A stretch of DNA of 64,000 bases from Candidatus Iainarchaeum sp. (GTDB taxonomy: Archaea; Iainarchaeota; Iainarchaeia; Iainarchaeales; UBA10191): NCBI GenBank assembly GCA_030649735.1, contig JAUSFL010000036.1:96334-160333 (forward strand). Reading direction: 5' to 3'. Position 1 is the first letter of the stretch. Every line of letters begins with the position of its first letter. The notes beneath the pieces were generated by a model, which saw only the letters and a list, made by a program, of their open reading frames with translations, made no database searches and was not told the origin of the DNA. Of the stretch, positions 36,915 to 46,839 are shown piece after piece. Both the position numbers and the translations under genes were made by a program.

Positions 36915-38987
36915 ATGAAGCATCATATTGACAAATTGAAAGAAAAGATTTCAGAGCATAGAAAAGAGCTCTTTTTTGCATTCCTTATATTCCTGCTTGC
37001 CTTTGGAACCCGCGCGTTCTTAATGAAGTATGAACTGCCTTTCGAGTTTGACCCTTACTGGCATGCAAGAATGGTTTCTTACATTGTGCAAGGCCAGCCA
37101 GTGCCTGCGTTTGACCCAATGGCCTACTATTATAACCCGCAGCAAACAGATTTTGGCTCTCCTTTGTTTTGGTATGCTGCGGCAGGCTTGTACACTATTG
37201 TGCATCCTTTCGGGCCTTACAGCAAGGATGCATTGATCTTAGTGATGAATCTTTTGCCAGCGCTTTACGGCGCATTGGCAGCTTTCGTGGTTTTTTTCCT
37301 TGTAAAGGAAATTTACGGAAGAAAGCCGGCAATTGCAGCAGCAATTCTTGCAGCAGTGATTCCCGCGTTTGTTTATAGGACAATGGCTGGATTCTTTGAG
37401 CCAACTTCAAGCGGTTTTTTCTGGCTTGTTTCAGGGCTTTACTTCCTTGTAAAGGCAACAAACAATACTGAAAATCTCAAGAAAGGAATTATTTTTGCAA
37501 TAGCAAGCGGCGCAATGCTTTCATTAATGGCTTTAAGCTGGAAGGGATTCACTTTCACTTACCTGTTCCTTTTGCCAATCGGATTTTTCACTCTCTTGAA
37601 AATCCTGACAAAGTCTGAAGTCAAGGATGGATTGAATTATGCGATTTATTACTTGATTTCAATAGGCCTGATGACCCTAACTGGCTGGCTTATAGTGCAG
37701 GACAGGATTTTTTACAGCATTTTTGACAGCTTGAGCGGAATTGCGGGAAATATTTTTGGAGGGTCGGGAAACTTGATTGTTGCCGGATTCCTGGCGCTTA
37801 CAGTGCTGCTTGTAGTATTTGTTTTTGCTTTTGCAAAATTTTCAAAAAAAGAGTCAAAAGAAAAAGTGCTGTCTTATGCAAGCATTGCATTGCTTTACTT
37901 GTTTCTTATTGCATTTCTCGGAGTAGTCCTTTCAGGCGTGAACTTGAGCACTACTGGAATTGGCTCAATGGTCGGCGAGGAAAGCAGGGGATTTGATTTT
38001 TTTGGGAACAAGTATAATGCTTTATTCTTCCTTGGCCTACTTGCCTTGGTTCTGATTCCTTTAAAAAATTATTTTGACGACAAGGACAGGAACAGCAACT
38101 TGGTGTTTTTCCTGGCTTTGGCGACTCTGGCGCTCGCATACATTAAATTGAAATTCACTTTCCTTTTTGGCCTGCCTTTGGCTGTTTCTTCATCAGTGGT
38201 TTTCTGGTTCGCTTTTGAAAAGCTTAAAGGAAACGCAAAAAAGGCAACAGTGTTGTTTTTGGGGTTTTTATTGCTGGTTGGAATTGCCGCCGGAACTTTC
38301 TTTGTTTCGCAAAACGTTCCAAACATTGAGGCAAATGACGGGTGGAAGGAAGCCTTAAAGTGGATTAGCACTAACACGCCAAAAGATGCAAAGTTTTTCA
38401 ACTGGTGGAATCAAGGGCACTGGATTACTTTCATTGGAGAAAGAGCTGTCTTGATAGACAACAGGAATGCTGAAGGCCAGGGAAGAAGCGACAGCGCAAG
38501 GTTTTTCACTACAGACAATCCGGACATTGCCATCGGAATTATCCAGAAATACAAGTCAGATTATATCATTGCCGACGAAGGCACTATTAGCTCGCAGTCA
38601 GGCCTTGTCCCTTACGCCATTGAACGCAACAAGGACGCCAATGAAGTGCAGAACAAAACTTTTTTCATGTTTTCATTGGATTGCTCGAAAACAGTCGCTG
38701 CAGTAAGCCTGACTGAAACTTTTGCCTGCGGGGGAAACAATTACACCAAGGAACAAATGGCACAGTTTCCAACAATTTGGCAGTCAAGCCCAAACAACAT
38801 AATCAATGAAAGGACCCCAATATTCATTTACAGGGCCGCTGACAATTCCAAAATATTCGCATTATCTCCAGAAACAAACAACACTGTAATTGCAAAAATG
38901 TGGTTTAAGGAACCTACAATGATGAAAAACTTTGAAGAAGTTTATTCTGTAAAACAGGTTAAAGTCTTCAAGGTGAAAAAAGATTGA
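36915..38987 (+). CDS. aglB: Oligosaccharyltransferase AglB/STT3 with atypical motifs
   Basis: EFDPYWH, RTMAGFFE, VGEE, WWNQGHW; about 13 TM plus soluble C-domain. Confidence 0.88.
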   Translation: MKHHIDKLKEKISEHRKELFFAFLIFLLAFGTRAFLMKYELPFEFDPYWHARMVSYIVQGQPVPAFDPMAYYYNPQQTDFGSPLFWYAAAGLYTIVHPFGPYSKDALILVMNLLPALYGALAAFVVFFLVKEIYGRKPAIAAAILAAVIPAFVYRTMAGFFEPTSSGFFWLVSGLYFLVKATNNTENLKKGIIFAIASGAMLSLMALSWKGFTFTYLFLLPIGFFTLLKILTKSEVKDGLNYAIYYLISIGLMTLTGWLIVQDRIFYSIFDSLSGIAGNIFGGSGNLIVAGFLALTVLLVVFVFAFAKFSKKESKEKVLSYASIALLYLFLIAFLGVVLSGVNLSTTGIGSMVGEESRGFDFFGNKYNALFFLGLLALVLIPLKNYFDDKDRNSNLVFFLALATLALAYIKLKFTFLFGLPLAVSSSVVFWFAFEKLKGNAKKATVLFLGFLLLVGIAAGTFFVSQNVPNIEANDGWKEALKWISTNTPKDAKFFNWWNQGHWITFIGERAVLIDNRNAEGQGRSDSARFFTTDNPDIAIGIIQKYKSDYIIADEGTISSQSGLVPYAIERNKDANEVQNKTFFMFSLDCSKTVAAVSLTETFACGGNNYTKEQMAQFPTIWQSSPNNIINERTPIFIYRAADNSKIFALSPETNNTVIAKMWFKEPTMMKNFEEVYSVKQVKVFKVKKD

Positions 38988-39991
38988 ATCCTTTTATTTC
39001 ATCGGCCTTTTTGATAATCTGCGCCGGCGCAGTGACTTTCATCATAACGCCTAAAATAATCAACAGGATGAAAATGCGCGGGCTTGTCGGAAAAGACATG
39101 AACAAGCTTGGAAAGCCCGAAGTTTCAGAAATGGGCGGCATTGCAGTCCTTTTCGGCTTCAGTTTTGCAATCCTTGCGGCAATTTTCATACACACTTACT
39201 TTGGGCAGTTTCAAGGAATTGACTTGATTTCCTTAGTTGCGGGATTCCTGACAATCTTATTAGTGGGGTTTTTGGGGGTTTTTGACGACTTGATTGGCTG
39301 GAAGAAGGGAATCAGGCAATGGCAGCACGCCTTGATTCCAGCGCTTGCCGCACTGCCTCTAATGGCATTCAGTGTGGGAATCAAAACAATGAGCTTTCCA
39401 GGCATTGGAGTTTTTGCCTTTGGAATATTCTATTCGCTAATCATTGTTCCAATTGGAATCACTGGAGCCGCGAACGCGTCAAACATGCTTGCCGGATTGA
39501 ACGGCCTGGAAACCGGGCTTGGATTGATTAACGCGGCAACACTGCTGATAATTGCAGTAATGCTTGGCAAAACAAACGCGATAATTTTTCTCGCGGCAAT
39601 GATCGGCGCATTGCTCGCTTTTTTGTATTACAACTGGCATCCTGCAAGAATTTTTCCAGGAGACTCCTTGACTTTAATGATTGGGGCAGGAATTGCAACC
39701 GCTGTAATTCTTGGAGACATGGAAAAGTATGGAATAATGCTTTTTGCAATGTATTTCATTGAATTGGCAATAAAGTCAAGGCACAAGTTCCAGTCGGAAA
39801 ATTTTGGAATCCCGCAAAAGGACGGAACCCTGGCTCCAAACCCTAAAGGCGGTTCTTTGACTCATTTTTTCATGCGCTTGGGAAAATTCAGCGAAAAGCA
39901 AGTCGTATTATTGATTCTTGCAACGCAGGCAGCGATTGCAATCCTGACTTTCATAGTGTTTTACACCGGATTTTTGGAGGCAGGATTGTGA
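38984..39991 (+). CDS. Polyprenol-P GlcNAc-1-phosphotransferase (Alg7/AglH, MraY/GPT family)
   Basis: GKDMNK, EMGG, LGVFDD, NASNMLAGLNGLE, YNWHPARIFPGD. Confidence 0.9.
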   Translation: MNPFISSAFLIICAGAVTFIITPKIINRMKMRGLVGKDMNKLGKPEVSEMGGIAVLFGFSFAILAAIFIHTYFGQFQGIDLISLVAGFLTILLVGFLGVFDDLIGWKKGIRQWQHALIPALAALPLMAFSVGIKTMSFPGIGVFAFGIFYSLIIVPIGITGAANASNMLAGLNGLETGLGLINAATLLIIAVMLGKTNAIIFLAAMIGALLAFLYYNWHPARIFPGDSLTLMIGAGIATAVILGDMEKYGIMLFAMYFIELAIKSRHKFQSENFGIPQKDGTLAPNPKGGSLTHFFMRLGKFSEKQVVLLILATQAAIAILTFIVFYTGFLEAGL

Positions 39992-40434
39992 AAGTCTGCA
40001 TTGCCGCGTCAGGCGGAGGCCACTTGACCGAAATCCTGCAAGTGAAAAAAGCATGGTCGGGAATGCGGCATTACTTCATTTCTGACGTGCGAAACAACTC
40101 CAAAGAGCTTGCAAAAAGCGAAAAAGTCTATTTTTTTGAATGCCCGCGCAGGAATCCAATCAGTTTTTTGAAAAATTTTTTCCAATCCTTGAAAATCCTG
40201 CTTAAGGAAAAGCCAGACATTATTGTAAGCACTGGCGCAGACACCGCGCTTTCAACCTGCGTTTTGGGAAAGCTTTTGGGAAAAAAGCTTGTTTTCATTG
40301 AAAGCTATTGCAGGGTTAGCGAGGCAAGCCTTTCCGGGAAGATATGCTATAAAATTGCTGATGTTTTCTTCGTGCAATGGAAGGAAAACCTGAAGTTTTT
40401 CCCAAACGCAAGATTTGCGGGCGGAGTTTTTTGA
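39988..40434 (+). CDS. Alg14/PssD-like glycosyltransferase subunit
   Basis: ASGGGHLTE, PDIIVSTGA, FIESYCR, SLSGK, FFVQW. Confidence 0.92.
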   Translation: MKVCIAASGGGHLTEILQVKKAWSGMRHYFISDVRNNSKELAKSEKVYFFECPRRNPISFLKNFFQSLKILLKEKPDIIVSTGADTALSTCVLGKLLGKKLVFIESYCRVSEASLSGKICYKIADVFFVQWKENLKFFPNARFAGGVF

Positions 40435-40445
40435 GGCGATATTGA

Positions 40446-40940
40446 ATGATTCTGGCAATGGTTGGAACGCATAACCAGCAATTCAACAGGCTGCTAAAAG
40501 AGCTTGATTCTTTGGTTGAGCGCGGAAAAATAAAAGAGGAAGTTTTCGCGCAGACCGGCTGTTCTGACTTTGAGCCAAAAAATTATAAAACGCAAAAAAT
40601 GCTTTCTTTGGAAGAGTACAAAAAACTGATAAGAAAAGCCAGCCTTGTAATAACTCACGGCGGGGCAGGGTCAATAATTGACGCGCTTAATGAAAGAAAA
40701 AAGCTCATCATTGTGCCTCGCTTGGCAAAGTTTGGAGAGCACACCAACGACCACCAGTTGGACTTGGCTGAAGCGCTGCAAAGGCAGGGAAAGGCAATCA
40801 CTATAAAAGACATTAAAAAACTGGAAAGCGCAATCAAGGACGCAAGGAAAGGCAAATCAAGCTTTGAGAAAGACTCAAGGCTCGGGGCAGAATTAAGGAA
40901 ATGCCTGGAAAATCATGAAACATCGGGAAGTGCAAAATGA
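40446..40940 (+). CDS. Alg13/PssE-like glycosyltransferase subunit
   Basis: MVGTHNQQFNRL, ITHGGAGS, IVPRLAKFGEHTNDHQ. Confidence 0.92.
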   Translation: MILAMVGTHNQQFNRLLKELDSLVERGKIKEEVFAQTGCSDFEPKNYKTQKMLSLEEYKKLIRKASLVITHGGAGSIIDALNERKKLIIVPRLAKFGEHTNDHQLDLAEALQRQGKAITIKDIKKLESAIKDARKGKSSFEKDSRLGAELRKCLENHETSGSAK

Positions 40941-42000
40941 CATGCTGCAGAGCAAAAAAGACCTTTTCTTGAAGGCATTGAAAAACAACGGGCCTTTAGG
41001 AATCTTGAACATTGGATTAAGGACAGTTGACGCAAGGCTAAAGCCCGCAAGAACAAATTTTGTCCCATTCACCATCCAAATAGACCTGACGACAAACTGC
41101 AATCTAAAATGCAAAATGTGCGAGCACACTTACTGGAAGGAAAAGAACAGGAACTTGAGCCTTAAGGAATTCAAGAAAATCATTGACAACATTCCATCGG
41201 CCGCACTAGTGAATCTCACGGGCCGCGGAGAGAACTTGATGAACCCGGAAATCTTCAAAATGATCGAATACGCAAAAAGCAAGAACATTTACGTTTGGTT
41301 CAATGACAACATGACTTTAATGCATGAAGCCAACGCAAAAAAAGTGATTGACTTGGGCCTTGATTGCATTGCAATCTCTTTTGACGGAGCGACAAAAAAG
41401 ACCTACGAGCACATTAGGAACGGCGCAAACTTCGAGAAAACAATCAAGAACATCAAAAGGCTGCAGGAATTGAAGAAAGAGGCAGGAACAACAAAGCCTG
41501 AATTGTTCCTTGTAATGATTGTGATGAAAGAAAACTACAAGGAAATGCCGAGATTTGTCGAGCTTGCAAAAGAGCTTGAAATTCCGGAAATTGTGTTTGC
41601 TGGGGCATTGACTTTCAAGGGAAGCAAGGCAAAATCATTGAAAGAAAACCCGAAAAAAGAGCTTGAGGAAATCAACAGGAAAACACAGGAAAAGGCGGAC
41701 GAATTAGGCATTAAAATAACGCTTCCATTGCACGAGCCAAAGGCATTCGCGCCAAAAGACTGCTCTTATCCTTGGACTACAGCATACATTGACTGTTACG
41801 GAAACGTGATTCCCTGCTGTTTTTCAACGCAAAGGAATGACTCTAAAATGCACAAGGAAAGCATTTTGGGAAATGCAATCAGCCAAAAATTTGCGGAAGT
41901 CTGGAATTCAGAAAAATACATTGGCTTCAGGAAAAAGCTCCTTTCAAAAGACCCGCCGCTAATCTGTAAAACCTGCGAGCGAATCAAGGGATATTACTAA
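40915..42000 (+). CDS. Radical SAM protein with SPASM/twitch domain
   Basis: CNLKCKMC; CSYPW...GNVIPCC...CKTC. Confidence 0.9.
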   Translation: MKHREVQNDMLQSKKDLFLKALKNNGPLGILNIGLRTVDARLKPARTNFVPFTIQIDLTTNCNLKCKMCEHTYWKEKNRNLSLKEFKKIIDNIPSAALVNLTGRGENLMNPEIFKMIEYAKSKNIYVWFNDNMTLMHEANAKKVIDLGLDCIAISFDGATKKTYEHIRNGANFEKTIKNIKRLQELKKEAGTTKPELFLVMIVMKENYKEMPRFVELAKELEIPEIVFAGALTFKGSKAKSLKENPKKELEEINRKTQEKADELGIKITLPLHEPKAFAPKDCSYPWTTAYIDCYGNVIPCCFSTQRNDSKMHKESILGNAISQKFAEVWNSEKYIGFRKKLLSKDPPLICKTCERIKGYY

Positions 42001-42698
42001 TGAACATTCCCATTTTTCAGAGAAAATTCGACCTGCATGTTCACTCAAAATACTCTCAAGACATCAACTCAAAGGAAGAATTGCAAAAAATAATTTCGCG
42101 GGCAAAAAAGCTCGGGCTTGCAGGAATTGCAATAACAGACCACAACACTGCAAAAGCATTCAAGGAAATTGACACAGCCAGAAAGCAAGCGAAAGAATTT
42201 CTTATAATCAAAGGCGAAGAAGTAATGGTCAAGGAAAATGGGAAAATTTGCGGAGAACTCCTCTGCTATTTCCTGCAGGAAGAAATAAGACCGGCTGGCT
42301 TTCAGGAAATAATTGACGCGGCCAGAAAACAGGGCGCATTAGTGAGCATTGCGCACCCATTTGACACTGCAAGGATTTCATTCCAGCAAATCGAGAAAAG
42401 GTTTCCCAAAGTTGATGCCATAGAAATTCTCAACTCGCGCGCTTCAACAGAAGAAGTGAACAAAAAAGCCGAAGAGTTTTCAGCAGCAAAGGGAATTCCT
42501 TGGACTGCGGGAAGCGACGCGCACTCGCTGCTTGAAATCGGCAGGGCGGGAATAGTTTCAGACGCTTCAAGCGAGGAAAACTTAAGGAAAGCGATTTCAA
42601 AAAAGCTAGTCACTGTCTTTGGAAAGCGCGCGAGCGCTGCGGCAAAGCTTGACTTAAAGGCAAAAGCGCTGCTTAGACGGCTGGGTGCAAGAAAATGA
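42000..42698 (+). CDS. PHP-family metal-dependent phosphoesterase
   Basis: DLHVHSKYS, AITDHNT, AHPF, AGSDAH. Confidence 0.9.
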   Translation: MNIPIFQRKFDLHVHSKYSQDINSKEELQKIISRAKKLGLAGIAITDHNTAKAFKEIDTARKQAKEFLIIKGEEVMVKENGKICGELLCYFLQEEIRPAGFQEIIDAARKQGALVSIAHPFDTARISFQQIEKRFPKVDAIEILNSRASTEEVNKKAEEFSAAKGIPWTAGSDAHSLLEIGRAGIVSDASSEENLRKAISKKLVTVFGKRASAAAKLDLKAKALLRRLGARK

Positions 42699-43660
42699 AA
42701 AGCAAAAAAAGCCCTGGAAAAAAGCAGGAAATGGCCTCGATAATAATTGCAAGCGCAAACCGGAAAGAATTCATTCTGGACTGCCTGAAGTCAATCAAGG
42801 AAAATACCAAGTACGCGAATCTTGAAGTACTGGTTTTTGACGAGGCAAGCATTGACGGCAGCGTAAAGGCAATCAGGCAAAAATTTCCTTGGGTAAAACT
42901 TTTCGAGAACGGCAGAGTAATCGGCCACCAGAACATAAATAATCTGGGTTTTGAAAAGGCAAAAGGAAACTACATAATGCTCTTGAACAATGACACAATT
43001 GTGGTAAAAGGCTGGCTTGAAAATGCAGTCAAGGAATTGCAAAGCAATGAAAAAATCGCGTCCGTAGGATGTGAACTGATTTCTGAAGGCCAATTCAAGA
43101 ACAATTCTTTTGTTGAGAAACCAGCAGTTGAAAAAATGTCGGTCTGCTCTGGCGCAATGCTTTTGAGAAAAAGCGCTGTTGAAAAAATAGGCAATTGGGA
43201 TTCAAAAAACTTTCACCCAATTTACGGGGGGGAAACAGACTGGTGCTATAGGGCAAGGCATTTTGGCTACAGGCATTTGCAATTACGGAACAGTTTTGTA
43301 GTGCACAGGCATAATCCAAAAAAGAAGAAAAACAAGCATGAGAGAATGGAACTGCTTTACACTCACGGCCTGCGGGCAATGTTCTTCAATCTTTCAACCA
43401 CTGAATTCTTGAAAATGCTTCCTGGGCTTGGAATGGTCTTCGCAAAAAGCATCAGGAAAGGCACAGCGCCTGATTTTTTGAAATGCTGGTGGAACAATTT
43501 GCTTGACGTCAAAAGAATTTTAAGGGAAAGAAAAAAACGCCTGGCAAGACAGAAAATCCTCGGAATGGACTTAAAGCGCATTGATGAAGAACTGTCAGAA
43601 TACAAGGACATTAAGGCAGCCAGAATCAGGGATGGAAGCGACATGGACCAAATAGTCTAG
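42695..43660 (+). CDS. Glycosyltransferase family 2
   Basis: SIDGS, LLNNDT, ETDWCYR. Confidence 0.88.
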   Translation: MKSKKSPGKKQEMASIIIASANRKEFILDCLKSIKENTKYANLEVLVFDEASIDGSVKAIRQKFPWVKLFENGRVIGHQNINNLGFEKAKGNYIMLLNNDTIVVKGWLENAVKELQSNEKIASVGCELISEGQFKNNSFVEKPAVEKMSVCSGAMLLRKSAVEKIGNWDSKNFHPIYGGETDWCYRARHFGYRHLQLRNSFVVHRHNPKKKKNKHERMELLYTHGLRAMFFNLSTTEFLKMLPGLGMVFAKSIRKGTAPDFLKCWWNNLLDVKRILRERKKRLARQKILGMDLKRIDEELSEYKDIKAARIRDGSDMDQIV

Positions 43661-43736
43661 GCTTCAAAGGCGCATACCAAAAGCCTTTTTAAACAAAAAA
43701 AAGCCAATCTATAGGATAACCCTCACTTGTGATTCA

Positions 43737-44891
43737 ATGAAAATTCTCTTCATAACCCACACTTACAACCTTGAAGGCGGAGGCGGGGGAGAAGTCAATG
43801 TTTCGGGAATTCTTCGCGAATTGTGCAAAAAAGGCCACGAAATACTTGTTTTCACTCCAGACTGTCCGCCATACGCTGAAGAATTAAAGCTTGGCTTGAA
43901 AGTTTACAGGGCAAAGGCATTCGGGCATCCGGCATTCCACAAAGTGGAATACTCATTGCAGGCAGGAAAGGCAATCAGCCTTGCAAGAAAATTCCAGCCA
44001 GACATCATTCACGCGCACAATGACGCTTTTCCAGCAATAATTGGCGACAAAACCAAGAAAAAATTGGGAATTCCATTGACAGTCTACATTGAATACGTGA
44101 GCGAAAAGGCAAGCTCTTGGAATTTGAAACTCATTTACCAAATGAACAGGCATTTTTTGCCCCGTGTCAAGGCAGACAGGATGATTTCAATGAGCAAGTT
44201 TGCCGCAGAAAAATACCTGATTCCTTGGGGGATTCCAAAGGAAAAAATCAGCATTATTCCCGCAGGGCTTGACTTGAAAAACTTCATTCACGCAAGGCCA
44301 GACAAGGAATTGATTAAAAAATACGGAAAGCACTTGCTTGTTTCGCTAAGGCCGCTTCATTCAACGCATTCCAAAGGAATAGCATACATCATTAAGGCAA
44401 TGAAAATAGTCCACGAAAAATATCCCGCGTATAAATACTTGGTTTTTGGGGATGGAAGCGGAAAAAGAAGCCTTGAAGAGCTTGTCATGGAATTGCACCT
44501 GGAAGACACAGTGAAGTTTCCCGGCAGCATTCCTTACAAAAAAGTGCCTTCAACATACTGCACTTCAGAATTCATGGTGCACTCGCTGGTTTTTGAGGCC
44601 ACAACAAGCATGTCAATAATTGACTCAATGGCTTGCGGAAAGGCAGTCATTGCAACAGACATTGGCGAGACAAAAAACGCTTTTGGAAAAGCGGCCTTGC
44701 TTGTTCCTCCAGAGAATGAAAGCGCGCTTGCGGAAGCAATTATTAATTTAATCGAGCATCCTAAATTACGCAAAGAGCTAGAGAAAAAAGCCAGAAAGCT
44801 TGCTGTTGAAGAATATTCAATTGAAAAAATTGCCGGAAAGTTCGAGAAAGAGTTCAAAAAAGCGGCAAAAAAAAGAGGCAGTGCAAAATGA
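43737..44891 (+). CDS. Glycosyltransferase family 4
   Basis: GGGE, PDIIHAH, MACGKAVIATDIG. Confidence 0.9.
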   Translation: MKILFITHTYNLEGGGGGEVNVSGILRELCKKGHEILVFTPDCPPYAEELKLGLKVYRAKAFGHPAFHKVEYSLQAGKAISLARKFQPDIIHAHNDAFPAIIGDKTKKKLGIPLTVYIEYVSEKASSWNLKLIYQMNRHFLPRVKADRMISMSKFAAEKYLIPWGIPKEKISIIPAGLDLKNFIHARPDKELIKKYGKHLLVSLRPLHSTHSKGIAYIIKAMKIVHEKYPAYKYLVFGDGSGKRSLEELVMELHLEDTVKFPGSIPYKKVPSTYCTSEFMVHSLVFEATTSMSIIDSMACGKAVIATDIGETKNAFGKAALLVPPENESALAEAIINLIEHPKLRKELEKKARKLAVEEYSIEKIAGKFEKEFKKAAKKRGSAK

Positions 44892-45943
44892 GCTATTTTT
44901 TGTTCCAAATGAAAAGGTCGCTGGAAAGGTTTGTTTTCACAGAATACTTTACTTTTGGAAAATTCCTGAATGCCGCAAGCATTTTCTCGCAGGCATTCAT
45001 TTTCAAAAACTCGAAAGTCTTTGCGCATCCAATAAAGGTGACTTTAGACCCGACAAACATTTGCATGCTTTCCTGCCCGTTATGCCCGACAGGCCAAAAG
45101 AGAAAAGAAAGGCCTTTGGGAAAAATGAAGTTTGAGGATTTTAAGAAACTCGTTGAAGAAATCTCACCATACTTGTACGAAATAGACTTGAACAATTGGG
45201 GAGAGCCCTTCCTTAATGACGAAGTTTACAAAATGATAGAATTCGCGCATTCCAAGAAAATCAAGACAAGCGTCAACACAAACCTTAATGTCAAATTCAC
45301 TGAAAAACAGGCCGAACGCATTGTAAAATCAGGGCTTGACGTGCTGTACTGCTCTTTTGACGGAATTTCGCAAAAAACTTACGAAAAATACCGCATTAAC
45401 GGAAAATTAAAGACTGTTTTTGAAAACATCAGGCTAGTTAACAAGAAAAAAAAAGAGCTTGGCTCCAAAAAGCCTTCAGTCACCTGGCAGTTCCTTGTAA
45501 TGAAGCATAATGAAAAAGAGCTTCCTGAATTGCAAAAGATAAAAAATGAGTTGGAAATTGACACTTTGCTTGTCGGGGCAGTAAGGACTGACTTGGGAAA
45601 GGAAATCTTCCAGTCAGACAATGAAAAAGTAAGCCAGCTTGAAAAATGGCTTCCGCAAGACTCGCAATTAAGCAGGTACGATTATGAAAGCAGGAAAAGA
45701 AAGCTTCAAAGAGAATACTGCTATTTTCCATGGCTTGTCGCAGTAATCAACTGGGACGGCTCAACAAGCCCTTGCTGCGCAGTCTACCAAAAAAAAGACG
45801 ATTTCGGGAACGTGTTCAAGGACGGCTTCAAAAAAGTCTGGAATAACGAAAAATACAGGCAAGCCAGGAGAATAATCGCAAAAAAAGCTCCCGAGGCAGG
45901 AAACGTCTGCTCAAACTGCATCAGGACAGGATTTATAGACTGA
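44888..45943 (+). CDS. Radical SAM protein with SPASM/twitch domain
   Basis: CMLSCPLC, NWGEPFLN; CYFPW...PCC...CSNC. Confidence 0.9.
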   Translation: MSYFLFQMKRSLERFVFTEYFTFGKFLNAASIFSQAFIFKNSKVFAHPIKVTLDPTNICMLSCPLCPTGQKRKERPLGKMKFEDFKKLVEEISPYLYEIDLNNWGEPFLNDEVYKMIEFAHSKKIKTSVNTNLNVKFTEKQAERIVKSGLDVLYCSFDGISQKTYEKYRINGKLKTVFENIRLVNKKKKELGSKKPSVTWQFLVMKHNEKELPELQKIKNELEIDTLLVGAVRTDLGKEIFQSDNEKVSQLEKWLPQDSQLSRYDYESRKRKLQREYCYFPWLVAVINWDGSTSPCCAVYQKKDDFGNVFKDGFKKVWNNEKYRQARRIIAKKAPEAGNVCSNCIRTGFID

Positions 45944-45960
45944 AAAAAAACGGTGAATTC

Positions 45961-46839
45961 ATGAAAGCAAGCATTATTACAGCAACCCACAATCGCGCAG
46001 ACTTTCTGGAAAAATGCATTAACGCGATTTTAGCCCAAAGCTTCAAGAGTTTCGAGCTTATAATCGTTAATGACTGCTCTACAGACAATACCCGCGAGGC
46101 ATTGCAAAAATTTTCAAAAAGCAAAAAAGTCAAAATAATCAATCTTGAAAAAAACTTGGGACCTGTAGGGGCAAGAAACAAGGCTTTTGAAATTTCACGC
46201 GGAGAAATCATAATAGTGATGGATGACGACTGCGTTGCCGAAAAAAAATGGCTTTCAGCAATAATGCAGCCTTTCAAGAACAAGAAAATTGGAATGGTGA
46301 CTGCTTACGGAGAAGGCGCCGGAACAAGCACTGCATACTTGCGCAAGGCTATTGGAAAAAAATTCTTTGACGAATGCTTCAAGGTAGAGCCGTTCTCTAG
46401 CTTTTCATTCAGGGAAGACACAGACTTGACTTTCAGGATTTTGGAAAAAGGATTCTTGAAGGTTGAAGTGCCGCACTTGTTCGCGCACTACCACAGGCAG
46501 CCGCAAACTCTCCTGAAAAAAGTCAAGTACGCCTGGAGCAGGCTTTCAAACCACGTTGTAGACCCATTGCTTTTCAAGAAACATCCGGCAATGACTGCAA
46601 AATTCCTGAACATAAAGTTCGGCTTTTTGAGAAACCCTTTGGACGACTTCAAGACAGCGACCGGCCTTTGGTTCAGCAAGGAAAATTACGGTTTGCGAAG
46701 CCCGCAAGGCGTGAAGTTCATTGACAACAAGACAGTGCTTCACGAAATCGCTATAATAAGCACTGGAGTAATTTATGTGCTGCTGGTGAAAGCAATAAGG
46801 CTTTACGGCAGCATAATCCATGAAAAATTCATGGTGTAA
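45961..46839 (+). CDS. Glycosyltransferase family 2
   Basis: VNDCSTD, ARN, MDDDC, REDTDL. Confidence 0.9.
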   Translation: MKASIITATHNRADFLEKCINAILAQSFKSFELIIVNDCSTDNTREALQKFSKSKKVKIINLEKNLGPVGARNKAFEISRGEIIIVMDDDCVAEKKWLSAIMQPFKNKKIGMVTAYGEGAGTSTAYLRKAIGKKFFDECFKVEPFSSFSFREDTDLTFRILEKGFLKVEVPHLFAHYHRQPQTLLKKVKYAWSRLSNHVVDPLLFKKHPAMTAKFLNIKFGFLRNPLDDFKTATGLWFSKENYGLRSPQGVKFIDNKTVLHEIAIISTGVIYVLLVKAIRLYGSIIHEKFMV

